DNA of 17,980 nt from an archaeon (GCA_041677685.1 JBAYPN010000016.1:1-17980), one strand, 5' to 3'. Shown: positions 7,909 to 14,996, counted from the first letter of the stretch. A program made the numbers and translations. The notes: a model not told the origin generated them from the sequence alone.

Positions 7909-8448
7909 ATGATCGAAATAAATTTCAAAGCACCCTCTTTTACAGAAGAAGCATATGTAGATGGAGAGATTAAACAAATCTCTTTAAATGGCTACCAAGG
8001 AAAATGGGTAATATTATTTTTCTATCCAGCAGATTTTACTTTTGTTTGTCCAACAGAACTTTCTGAACTTGCAAGACATTATGAGGAATTTAAAAAGGAG
8101 GGTGCAGAAATAATATCTGTAAGCACAGACACAGCCCACTCTCATAAAGCATGGCACAACACCTCAGAGATAATAAAACAAATTAAATTTCCAATGCTTG
8201 CAGACCCAGCACAAAGAGTTTCAAGAGACTATGAAACATTAATTGAAGATGAGGGGCTATCTTTGAGAGCTACTTTTCTAATAGATCCTGATGGTGTTGT
8301 TAAAGCCTTTGAGTTTCATAATAACGACATAGGTAGAAGTGTTCACGAACTTTTAAGAAAGTTACAAGCAGCTAAATTTACAAGAGAACATAAGGGAGAA
8401 GTTTGCCCAATGAACTGGCATCCAGGAGAAAAATCTATAAAATTGTAA
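7909..8448 (+). CDS. Typical 2-Cys peroxiredoxin (AhpC/Prx1 family)
   Basis: KWVILFFYPADFTFVCPTEL (peroxidatic Cys motif) and GEVCPMNW (resolving Cys motif). GGAG at 7894-7897 is only 2 nt from the track's GTG 7900 but 11 nt from ATG 7909, so ATG 7909 is preferred. Confidence 0.92.
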   Translation: MIEINFKAPSFTEEAYVDGEIKQISLNGYQGKWVILFFYPADFTFVCPTELSELARHYEEFKKEGAEIISVSTDTAHSHKAWHNTSEIIKQIKFPMLADPAQRVSRDYETLIEDEGLSLRATFLIDPDGVVKAFEFHNNDIGRSVHELLRKLQAAKFTREHKGEVCPMNWHPGEKSIKL

Positions 8449-8463
8449 ATTAGTTTTAGATCT

Positions 8464-8500
8464 GGAAAGAACTTAAATTTCTTTCCTTTTCTTTTTTTTA
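8464..8500 (+). terminator. Hairpin plus T-run between the convergent prx and membrane-protein genes
   Basis: GGAAAGAA (8464-8471) and TTCTTTCC (8479-8486) form a perfect 8-bp inverted repeat around a 7-nt loop (CTTAAAT). On the + strand it is followed directly by TTTTCTTTTTTTT. Confidence 0.5.
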
Positions 8501-8537
8501 CTTTTCTCTTTTCTACTTTTTTCTTTTTATTCTCTTT

Positions 8538-8897
8538 CTAATAATTAAAAGGTAACTTCAAAATATTTAGTTTAATTAAAAGCACAATTAATAAAGTATA
8601 AGCAATTGAAATAATTATATTAATTATTAGATCCTTTTTAGTTAACTTGGAGTTGTTTTTTGAAACTATTTTTTTAACACCATAATGCATCATCAACATT
8701 CCAACAATATTTGTTATCCAATAAAAGATAATCATACTTTCTAAGAAAACTCCTTTAATTAAAAAAGAAAAAAGATATGCAAAACCATAAGCTAAAGGAA
8801 TATTTACAAGCATATCATTCCAAAAGGACAAAGGTGATAACACATAACCAACAGCAGTAATCAAGCCACCTTTGAAATATTTTTTTAAATGCTTCAT
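8538..8897 (-). CDS. Small multi-pass membrane protein, unknown function
   Basis: 119 aa with 3-4 hydrophobic segments (GLITAVGYVLSPLSFW, IPLAYGFAYLFSFLI, MIIFYWITNIVGMLMM, IINIIISIAYTLLIVLLI). AAGGA lies ~9 nt upstream of the ATG. Same strand as, and downstream of, the pilin-like gene. Confidence 0.55.
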   Translation of the reverse strand: MKHLKKYFKGGLITAVGYVLSPLSFWNDMLVNIPLAYGFAYLFSFLIKGVFLESMIIFYWITNIVGMLMMHYGVKKIVSKNNSKLTKKDLIINIIISIAYTLLIVLLIKLNILKLPFNY

Positions 8898-8951
8898 CTT
8901 AAATATCCTTTTTAAACATAAATTCTATACTATCTTTTTTAATTAACCATC

Positions 8952-10058
8952 TTAAGAATATTTTACACAACGAGCTTGCCCACCAGCTGTTTTTGGATAT
9001 TGCCAATATCTAGGAGGAATGTTACTCATATAATATAAATATCCATCAGTAGCATTAGCTTGATTTCTTGCCCAAATATGGTTATAAGCATAAGATTGCC
9101 ACACATCTTCATATGTTCCAAAATCAATATTATTTCTTTGGTCAGACATTATTTGCAATTCATTTGATGTTGGCAAATACCAATCACTATAACCATAAGC
9201 TACTAAATTACTACAATAATTAACAGCATCAATCCATATCATGGCATTTGAGGAAATTGGATGAATATATAATTTCCCACTATAGTAGGGGATATTTGGT
9301 AATTCCAAAATTACATAGTCTACACTAACAACATCACTTTCCAGATAACCTTCTTTATAAGATATTGCCTTTAAAGTTAAACTTTCTTCAACATTTATTG
9401 GAGAATTATATAATGTTTTTGTACTATCAGGAGTAGATCCATCTAAAGTATAATAAATGTCCACATCTTCAATGTTACTATCAATACTTACATTTATAGG
9501 ATTACTAAATTCGCCTGATTCTTCAGAAAAAGATAAATTAGGAAGTGTAGGGGGAATATATTTATTTATTGGTATATTATCTAAATAAATTATTTCTCCT
9601 TTAGTAGTATACAATTTTAAATCAACTTTACTTTTATTACTATTAGATGGAAGATTAATTCCTTCAAACTTAATAATTCCCTCTTTTAAAATTACATTCT
9701 CATCAAAATAAATAATTTCATCTAATTCATAAACAGAATAACCAATAACTGTAAATGTCTTATTTCTGTATTCTCCAGGAGGTCTATAATTTATAAATAA
9801 ATTTTGACCAACAACATCAGGTTTAGTAATATAAAAACTAACATCACTAACTGTAAAAACATCAGCCTTACTTTCATTTGTAGAATCTACACCTTTATGT
9901 GTAAAAGCTTTACCCCAAACTAAAACAATTAAAATTAATGCCACTAACACAACAACTAAAAGAATAGTTGCAATTAATGGAGAAATAAATCTTTTAGAGA
10001 CAAAATTTAAATATTTTTTTTTAATTTTATTTTTTAATTTTTTAATTTTCTTAATCAT
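8952..10058 (-). CDS. Archaeal type IV pilin-like (class III signal peptide) surface protein with Ig-like (chitobiase C-terminal-like) and DUF1566/Lcl-C-like domains
   Basis: A basic leader followed by KRF-ISPLIATILLVVVLVALILIVLVWG resembles the archaeal pilin N-terminal motif ([KR]-G/A-x-SPVIATVLLI...). IYYTLDGSTPDSTKTLYNSPINVEESLTLKAISYKEGYLES resembles the chitobiase/beta-hexosaminidase C-terminal Ig-like domain. WIDAVNYCSNLVAYGYSDWYLPTSNELQ ... ARCV resembles DUF1566. Confidence 0.7.
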   Translation of the reverse strand: MIKKIKKLKNKIKKKYLNFVSKRFISPLIATILLVVVLVALILIVLVWGKAFTHKGVDSTNESKADVFTVSDVSFYITKPDVVGQNLFINYRPPGEYRNKTFTVIGYSVYELDEIIYFDENVILKEGIIKFEGINLPSNSNKSKVDLKLYTTKGEIIYLDNIPINKYIPPTLPNLSFSEESGEFSNPINVSIDSNIEDVDIYYTLDGSTPDSTKTLYNSPINVEESLTLKAISYKEGYLESDVVSVDYVILELPNIPYYSGKLYIHPISSNAMIWIDAVNYCSNLVAYGYSDWYLPTSNELQIMSDQRNNIDFGTYEDVWQSYAYNHIWARNQANATDGYLYYMSNIPPRYWQYPKTAGGQARCVKYS

Positions 10059-10078
10059 AATTATCGCATAAAGTTCAT

Positions 10079-11596
10079 CTATAAATCTTTAAACACTTTT
10101 TTACCCTTATAAAGGTCAACAAGAACATTTGACAAGTCCTTTATCAAGATCCTTTTCTGCTCAAAAGAGTCTCTGTCTCTTATGGTTACACTCTTGTCCT
10201 CTAGAGAGTCATGATCAATTGTTAAACAATAATTACAACCAATCTCATCTAGACGAGCATACCTCTTTCCAATTGACCCTTTCTCGTCAAAGTAAATGTC
10301 AAAAAGGTAAGTGGTGGTGTCCAACAAATCATGTAAAACTTCTTTTGACAATTCTAACAAACCATCCTTTTTAACCAATGGCAAAATTGCACAAAAGTAT
10401 GGGGAAATTTTTGGCTTTAATTTTAAAATATTTCTTAACTCTTCCTTCTCCTCTTTACCCTCAAAAGAATTTTCTAAAAGAACATAAAACAATCTATCAA
10501 GTCCAATTGAAGAAACTTCTAAGACATGTGGAGAAATTACTTTCCCATCCTCTTTTACTGTCAAGTCCTTTTTAGAACCTAAAGAATGGCTTTTAAGATC
10601 ATGATCAGTTCTGTAATTAAAAGAGAATAACTCAATCCAGCCTAAAGAAGATTTCACCTCAAGATCAAAAGTTTGTTTTGAATAGAAGGCTCTGTCATCT
10701 TCAGGCACTTCTCTAAACCTTATGTCTTGGTGTTTAAATCCAATGTCATCTAAAAACTTTTGTTTTAAATATAAATAATATGTTAATAATTTTCCTACAC
10801 AGATCTTTTGCTCAGTGATCTCTTTTACAGAATAATCTTTCTCTTCACTATCCTTTAATAACCTAAATCTGATCTTATAATCTTTTTGCTTCTCTAGATC
10901 ACAATCATCAATCTTGTCAACATCAAAAAACATCTCAGTCTCCAATTGTTCAAACTCCCTACACCTAATAAGTCCGTTTCTTGGTGATATCTCATTTCTA
11001 TAAACCTTTCCATGTTGGGATATTGTTAAAGGCAACCCATCTCTTCCAGTCTTGTAGATTCTTAAAAAATCTAAAAATATAGATTGGCAAGATTCTCCTC
11101 TCAGATAACCTTTGTTACCCTCTTCTACCCCAACATTAATATTTGACATTAAGTTAAATCTTTTAATATTTATTAACTCTCCACCTGCTTCAGACTTAAT
11201 TAAATTATCATCAATTATCTTTTGATAGTCAGAAATTGAAAGTCCTTCAGGTATCTCTTTGTTTAGTTTATCAGACAAATATTTATCTAACTTGTAGGTT
11301 TGCCCAGTCTTTGAGCAAGTAGCAATTGGATCATCAAAATTTTTTAAATGTCCAGAAGCTTGAAAAACAGATTCAGGTAAAATTATTGATCCTGATATTT
11401 CTAAAAAATTATTTTTTTTAACAAATTCATTTCTCCAAAATTTAATTAAATTTAATCTAATTCTGTTTCCAATTGGTCCATACTCATAAAATCCAGCAAA
11501 AGACTTAGGATATATTTCTGCTGATGGAAAGTATAATGATTTTGTAGATACCATTTCATTAAATCTGTCTATTCTTCTTTTTTCTTTATCATTCAT
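10079..11596 (-). CDS. glyS: Glycine--tRNA ligase, archaeal/eukaryal (alpha2) type
   Basis: FPSAEIYPKSFAGFYEYGPIGNRIRLNLIKFWRNEFV matches the N-terminal signature of class II archaeal GlyRS. RNEISPRNGLIRCREFEQLE is motif-2-like, and a C-terminal anticodon-binding-like region (GKRYARLDEIGCNYCLTID) is present. The track start at 11605 is GTG; ATG 11596 is preceded by GTGAT and is preferred. Confidence 0.9.
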   Translation of the reverse strand: MNDKEKRRIDRFNEMVSTKSLYFPSAEIYPKSFAGFYEYGPIGNRIRLNLIKFWRNEFVKKNNFLEISGSIILPESVFQASGHLKNFDDPIATCSKTGQTYKLDKYLSDKLNKEIPEGLSISDYQKIIDDNLIKSEAGGELINIKRFNLMSNINVGVEEGNKGYLRGESCQSIFLDFLRIYKTGRDGLPLTISQHGKVYRNEISPRNGLIRCREFEQLETEMFFDVDKIDDCDLEKQKDYKIRFRLLKDSEEKDYSVKEITEQKICVGKLLTYYLYLKQKFLDDIGFKHQDIRFREVPEDDRAFYSKQTFDLEVKSSLGWIELFSFNYRTDHDLKSHSLGSKKDLTVKEDGKVISPHVLEVSSIGLDRLFYVLLENSFEGKEEKEELRNILKLKPKISPYFCAILPLVKKDGLLELSKEVLHDLLDTTTYLFDIYFDEKGSIGKRYARLDEIGCNYCLTIDHDSLEDKSVTIRDRDSFEQKRILIKDLSNVLVDLYKGKKVFKDL

Positions 11597-11665
11597 ATTT
11601 ATCACTTATAAACCCATATATTATAAAAATCGTTTATTATAAATATATATTGGTTCAATTAATTA

Positions 11666-11673
11666 TTTATATA
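11666..11673 (+). promoter_or_regulatory. Candidate TATA box for tRNA-Leu
   Basis: TTTATATA is centred ~35 nt upstream of the mature tRNA 5' end, compatible with a short leader. TATA-like strings are very common in this AT-rich DNA, so specificity is low. Confidence 0.3.
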
Positions 11674-11704
11674 CTAAACTAAAAAACACAATTTTTTGTA
11701 AAGT

Positions 11705-11786
11705 GCAGGGGTTCCCGAGTGGTCAAAGGGGCACGGCTTAGGACCGTGTGCTTAGTGCTTCGCAGGTTCGAACCCTGCCCCTTGCA
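11705..11786 (+). tRNA. tRNA-Leu(UAG): tRNA-Leu (anticodon UAG), no intron, CCA not encoded
   Basis: Folded manually. Acceptor GCAGGGG/CCCTTGC (one G-U). D arm CCC..GGG with an AGTGGTCAAA loop. Anticodon stem CACGG/CCGTG with loop CTTAGGA (U33, UAG, G37). Long variable arm TGCTTAGTGCTTC, as expected for class II Leu. T arm GCAGG-TTCGAAC-CCTGC. Discriminator A. Position 10 is C (C10:G25) rather than the usual G. Confidence 0.93.
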
Positions 11787-11792
11787 TTTTTT
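11787..11792 (+). terminator. Oligo-T tract immediately after tRNA-Leu
   Basis: TTTTTT directly follows the discriminator base. Archaeal RNA polymerase terminates at oligo-T runs. Confidence 0.35.
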
Positions 11793-11839
11793 AAAGAATT
11801 TTTACTTTCTAATAAAAAAGGTTTTTGAGAAAACAGAAT

Positions 11840-12859
11840 ATGATTACTACTTTTGAATATAAGGAAAACAATTATGATGTTGTTTTCTTTATAGAGCTAA
11901 TTATTAAAAAATTAAAAAATTATAAAGTTAATACCTTTAACCTTGGTGTAAGCTACCCTAACTCCATAGATGAAGATCAAAAGCTAATTTTAAAGAAAGA
12001 CTTTCAATTTCCTTTAACTAAAAAACTAGAAGAGAAATTGAATGCTAAAAGAAGAGATGAGTTTGGAGATGTAGATATTGTTATTGATTATAATTATCAT
12101 AAAATAACATACCACATACACCCAATCTTTCTTTATGGAACATATAATAAATATTCAAGAGACTTACCTCAAACAAAACATTATTGTTTTAAGTGTAAAG
12201 GTAGAGGTTGTATAAATTGTAACCACACAGGTAGACTATCTCCAACAAGTGTTGAAGAAAAACTACAAGAGGTTATTTTTAAAGAACTTAATATTAAAGA
12301 AATTGCATTCCATGGAGCAGGAAGAGAAGATAAAGATGTGTTGATGCTTGGAAATGGAAGAGAATTTATAGTTGAACTAAAAGAACCTTTTAAAAGAGAG
12401 GTTGAAAAAGAAAAGTTAAAGGTCTTAGAAGAAATTATAAACAAAGATAAAGATATTAAAGTTAGTAACCTAAGATTAGCAGAAGTTAGTGAAGTTAAAA
12501 AGATAAAAGAAACAAATCATTTTAAATTGTATAAGGCAACTGTTGTTTGTGAGGGGAAGATAACAAAAGAAAGGTTATCTAAAATTAAATTAAACAAAGA
12601 AATTCAGATTTTACAAAAAACACCAACAAGAGTAAAGAAGAGAAGAGCAAATCTTATAAGAGAAAGGCTTTGTGAGATTCTAAATATTGAACCACTAACA
12701 GAAAATAGCTTTTCTATAGAGATAAAGGCTGAAGCTGGACTTTACATAAAGGAGTTTATCTCAGGAGATAAAAATCTTACAAAACCAAACATCTCAGAAA
12801 TTATTGGAACTTCTTGTGGGTGTGAAAAGTTAGATGTAATTTGGATATACAGAGAATGA
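11840..12859 (+). CDS. pus10: tRNA pseudouridine(54/55) synthase Pus10
   Basis: Cys cluster CFKCKGRGCINCNHTG, catalytic-Asp block FHGAGREDKDVLMLGNGREF, and C-terminal GLYIKEFISGD are characteristic of Pus10. The track start at 11825 is TTG; ATG 11840 is preferred. Confidence 0.9.
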   Translation: MITTFEYKENNYDVVFFIELIIKKLKNYKVNTFNLGVSYPNSIDEDQKLILKKDFQFPLTKKLEEKLNAKRRDEFGDVDIVIDYNYHKITYHIHPIFLYGTYNKYSRDLPQTKHYCFKCKGRGCINCNHTGRLSPTSVEEKLQEVIFKELNIKEIAFHGAGREDKDVLMLGNGREFIVELKEPFKREVEKEKLKVLEEIINKDKDIKVSNLRLAEVSEVKKIKETNHFKLYKATVVCEGKITKERLSKIKLNKEIQILQKTPTRVKKRRANLIRERLCEILNIEPLTENSFSIEIKAEAGLYIKEFISGDKNLTKPNISEIIGTSCGCEKLDVIWIYRE

Positions 12860-12863
12860 GAAT

Positions 12864-13169
12864 ATGAAAGAAATTCAAGAAAAAATAAGAGTATTTTGTG
12901 AAAAAAATAATTTGAAAAACAGTATAGAAATAGGAATGCTAGACATTACTTCTGAAATAGGAGAGCTTTCTAAAGAAGTTATTAAGGGAACTAATTATGG
13001 TGTAAAAGATTTCTCTAAAACAGAAAATACAGACATGGAATTTGGAGATGTATTATTTTCATTAATAGTTCTTGCAAACAAACTTGATGTGGATTTAAAT
13101 AAATCCTTAGATATGGCTTTAGAGAAATATAAAAAAAGAATAGAAAAAGGAAACATGGGGTCAAAATAG
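12864..13169 (+). CDS. mazG: Small MazG-like (all-alpha) nucleoside triphosphate pyrophosphohydrolase
   Basis: 101 aa. TSEIGELSKEV and MEFGDVLFSLIVLANKLDVDL...ALEKYKKR match the E-x-x-E / E-x-x-D helices of the single-domain MazG family. It starts 4 nt after the pus10 stop. Confidence 0.8.
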   Translation: MKEIQEKIRVFCEKNNLKNSIEIGMLDITSEIGELSKEVIKGTNYGVKDFSKTENTDMEFGDVLFSLIVLANKLDVDLNKSLDMALEKYKKRIEKGNMGSK

Positions 13170-13171
13170 AA

Positions 13172-13798
13172 TTATTTTAAGACAGTTCCTGTCTCTAGAT
13201 ACCAAAGGTAAAGATCTAGTTCTGAAAGACTAAGGTTAACTTCTTTTGCAATCCCTTCTAAGATTCTTTCAATTTCTAAATATGTTAATCTGTCTAAAGT
13301 TTTTGGTTTTTCTTTCAAGTAACCTTCTTTTATTAGTAGGTCAATTATGTGAAAGTCAATGATTGCATATTTTGCATAACCAATGTTTCTTAAAAAATGA
13401 GAAGACTCTTTATAAGAAAGTCCTTTTATGTTTTCTGCAAAAAAATCTCTTAGATCATTTTTGTCTCTAAAAGCTTCTAAAATTGCTTTTAGCTTATATA
13501 GAAATTGTCTATTGTAAACTATATATTCTGCTCTAAGATTTGGATATCTATACCCTAGTTCTTTTAGTTTGCTTGATAATTGGTTTAAGGATAAACTAAT
13601 AAACCCTAAACCTATCTTTTTTTGAATCTCAATTGCTTTTGCTGCATTATAATTTGCAGTCAGAACACAAAAGGAGAGTTCAAGAAATAGGTTGTTGTTT
13701 GTTCTTTTAAAGTTTATAAATTCTTTAACTCTATTGTTTATAACTCCACTAATGTTTTCTTTTTTTAATTTATTTATTTTAAAAATTAAAGTACTCAT
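13172..13798 (-). CDS. ogg: 8-oxoguanine DNA glycosylase/AP lyase, archaeal Ogg2 family
   Basis: Collinear similarity to M. jannaschii Ogg as I recall it: SFCVLTANYNA, RAEYIV, IKGLSYKESSHFLRNIGY (catalytic Lys in the HhH-GPD region), AIIDFHI (Asp), KTLDRLTYLEIE and NLSLSELDLYLWYLETGTVLK. AAGGA lies 7 nt upstream of the ATG. Confidence 0.92.
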   Translation of the reverse strand: MSTLIFKINKLKKENISGVINNRVKEFINFKRTNNNLFLELSFCVLTANYNAAKAIEIQKKIGLGFISLSLNQLSSKLKELGYRYPNLRAEYIVYNRQFLYKLKAILEAFRDKNDLRDFFAENIKGLSYKESSHFLRNIGYAKYAIIDFHIIDLLIKEGYLKEKPKTLDRLTYLEIERILEGIAKEVNLSLSELDLYLWYLETGTVLK

Positions 13799-13821
13799 AG
13801 TTTGTCCTTTTCTTTAAAATT

Positions 13822-14214
13822 TTAAACTGTTTGTTTCCAAACTCCATGTTGATTACATCTTGCTCTTACAGCTATCTTTTTTCCAGTAAAGACTTTAAAT
13901 AATGCTTCTGGTTTATCCCAATGGTTTAGACTTTTTGTATATAAGGAACCATCAACACTAATCTCTATCCATTGAATATAATGTTCTGGGGTCATTGGGT
14001 GTGGGACTTCTCCAATTCTTACAAATATTTCTTTTTGCCCTCTAATATCAATTATTGGTAGGTGCTTTGCTTCATCTCCTTTTGGATTAATAGCATTTGA
14101 GGTGTTTACTATTTCCATTGGTTGGGAACAACAAACAAGCGTTCCTCCTCCAACTTCCTTAATAGCAACAACATTCCCACACACTAAGCATTTATATTTC
14201 TCATCAACCTTCAT
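13822..14214 (-). CDS. dfx: Desulfoferrodoxin (2Fe superoxide reductase)
   Basis: N-terminal desulforedoxin-like centre I YKCLVCGN...LVCCSQPM. Centre II ligand motifs: KHLP, HPMTPEHYIQWIE and CNQHGVW. The track start at 14226 abuts the AAAGGA element; ATG 14214, 12 nt downstream, gives the family-typical start MKVDEKYKC. Confidence 0.92.
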   Translation of the reverse strand: MKVDEKYKCLVCGNVVAIKEVGGGTLVCCSQPMEIVNTSNAINPKGDEAKHLPIIDIRGQKEIFVRIGEVPHPMTPEHYIQWIEISVDGSLYTKSLNHWDKPEALFKVFTGKKIAVRARCNQHGVWKQTV

Positions 14215-14248
14215 AAAAAAAACCATCCTTTCTTTTTTTTACTTCACA

Positions 14249-14833
14249 TTAATAATTTTCATTTTCAAGTTCAAAATAATTTTTACTATGTCCACAAGAT
14301 GGGCATTCAACAGGTGGTTTATAACCTTCCTCCATATACCCACATTTTCTACATATCCAATAATATTTTTTTTCCTTTTTAAAAACACTATTATTTTTTA
14401 CATTTTCATAAAGTTTAGTGTATCTTTGTTCATGGTGTTTTTCTGAAATTGCAATTGCTTTTAGTCTTTTAGAAATATCAAATAATCCTTCACTTTCTGC
14501 AACATCTGCAAATTTTGGGTACATCTCTGTGTTTTCATATTTTTCACCATTGATTGCTGATTCTAGATTTTCTAAAGTGTTTCCATAAACTGTATCTACT
14601 TCTGTTTCTGTAGTTATTGTTTTAAATTTTTCACTTTTCTTTTCAAGTAGTTGATTTAATAGTTTAAATAACCAACTTGCATGTTCTCTTTCTTGTTCAG
14701 CAGTTACTAGAAAGATTTCTGAGATTTGTTCAAAGCCTTCTTTCTTTGCTATTTTTGAAAACATTGTGTATCTGTTTCTTGCTTGACATTCACCAAGATA
14801 AGCTTTTGTTAAATTAATTATTGTTTTTTCCAT
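14249..14833 (-). CDS. rbr: Rubrerythrin (di-iron four-helix bundle plus C-terminal rubredoxin-like domain)
   Basis: GECQARNRY, EQEREHA, ENTEMYPKFA..AESEG and ISEKHHEQRY are the di-iron E/ExxH ligand blocks. C-terminal WICRKCGY...CPSCGH is the rubredoxin-type centre. AGGAG lies ~12 nt upstream of the ATG. Confidence 0.93.
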   Translation of the reverse strand: MEKTIINLTKAYLGECQARNRYTMFSKIAKKEGFEQISEIFLVTAEQEREHASWLFKLLNQLLEKKSEKFKTITTETEVDTVYGNTLENLESAINGEKYENTEMYPKFADVAESEGLFDISKRLKAIAISEKHHEQRYTKLYENVKNNSVFKKEKKYYWICRKCGYMEEGYKPPVECPSCGHSKNYFELENENY

Positions 14834-14847
14834 AAAGTAAACAACTC

Positions 14848-14909
14848 CTTTAATTTTTCTTTAATTTTTCTTTAATTTTTCTTTAATTTTTCTTTAATTT
14901 TTCTTTAAT
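14848..14909. repeat. Perfect 11-bp tandem repeat CTTTAATTTTT x5 plus a 7-nt partial copy
   Basis: Read directly. Units start at 14848, 14859, 14870, 14881 and 14892, all identical, with a partial unit at 14903-14909. The array begins 15 nt upstream of the rbr ATG (14833) and lies in the rbr / 14997-ORF divergent intergenic region. Confidence 0.95.
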
Positions 14910-14996
14910 AATATAGTATATTATAAAGCAAAAAGTATTAAATATAATGCTATTATATATAATATATACTTTAAAATTTATAAGAAGTGAAATGTT

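Noticed and set aside
10129-10575. Two + strand ORFs (81 and 65 aa) inside glyS
   Set aside because: Both are antisense to the well-supported GlyRS gene, and their translations have no family resemblance.
11606-11840. tRNA-Leu as a possible integration hotspot, looking for a flanking integrase, direct repeat of the tRNA 3' end, or genomic-island boundary
   Set aside because: The flanking genes are housekeeping (glyS, pus10). There is no integrase or recombinase, and I did not spot a duplicated copy of the tRNA 3' half elsewhere in the window.
12181-12444. 87-aa minus-strand ORF inside pus10
   Set aside because: It is antisense to the Pus10 catalytic core. Ser/Leu/Phe-rich shadow translation.
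14102-14446. 114-aa + strand ORF spanning the dfx 5' end and rbr 3' end
   Set aside because: It crosses an intergenic gap and is antisense to two motif-verified genes. It is F/I/T-rich low complexity and is the longest shadow ORF, but it has no supporting signal.
14848-14909. Considered whether the 11-bp repeat array could be a degenerate CRISPR or a minisatellite-encoded peptide
   Set aside because: The units are contiguous with no spacers and far shorter than CRISPR repeats. No ORF spans the array in any frame that has a start codon. It is kept as a promoter or 5' UTR tandem repeat instead.
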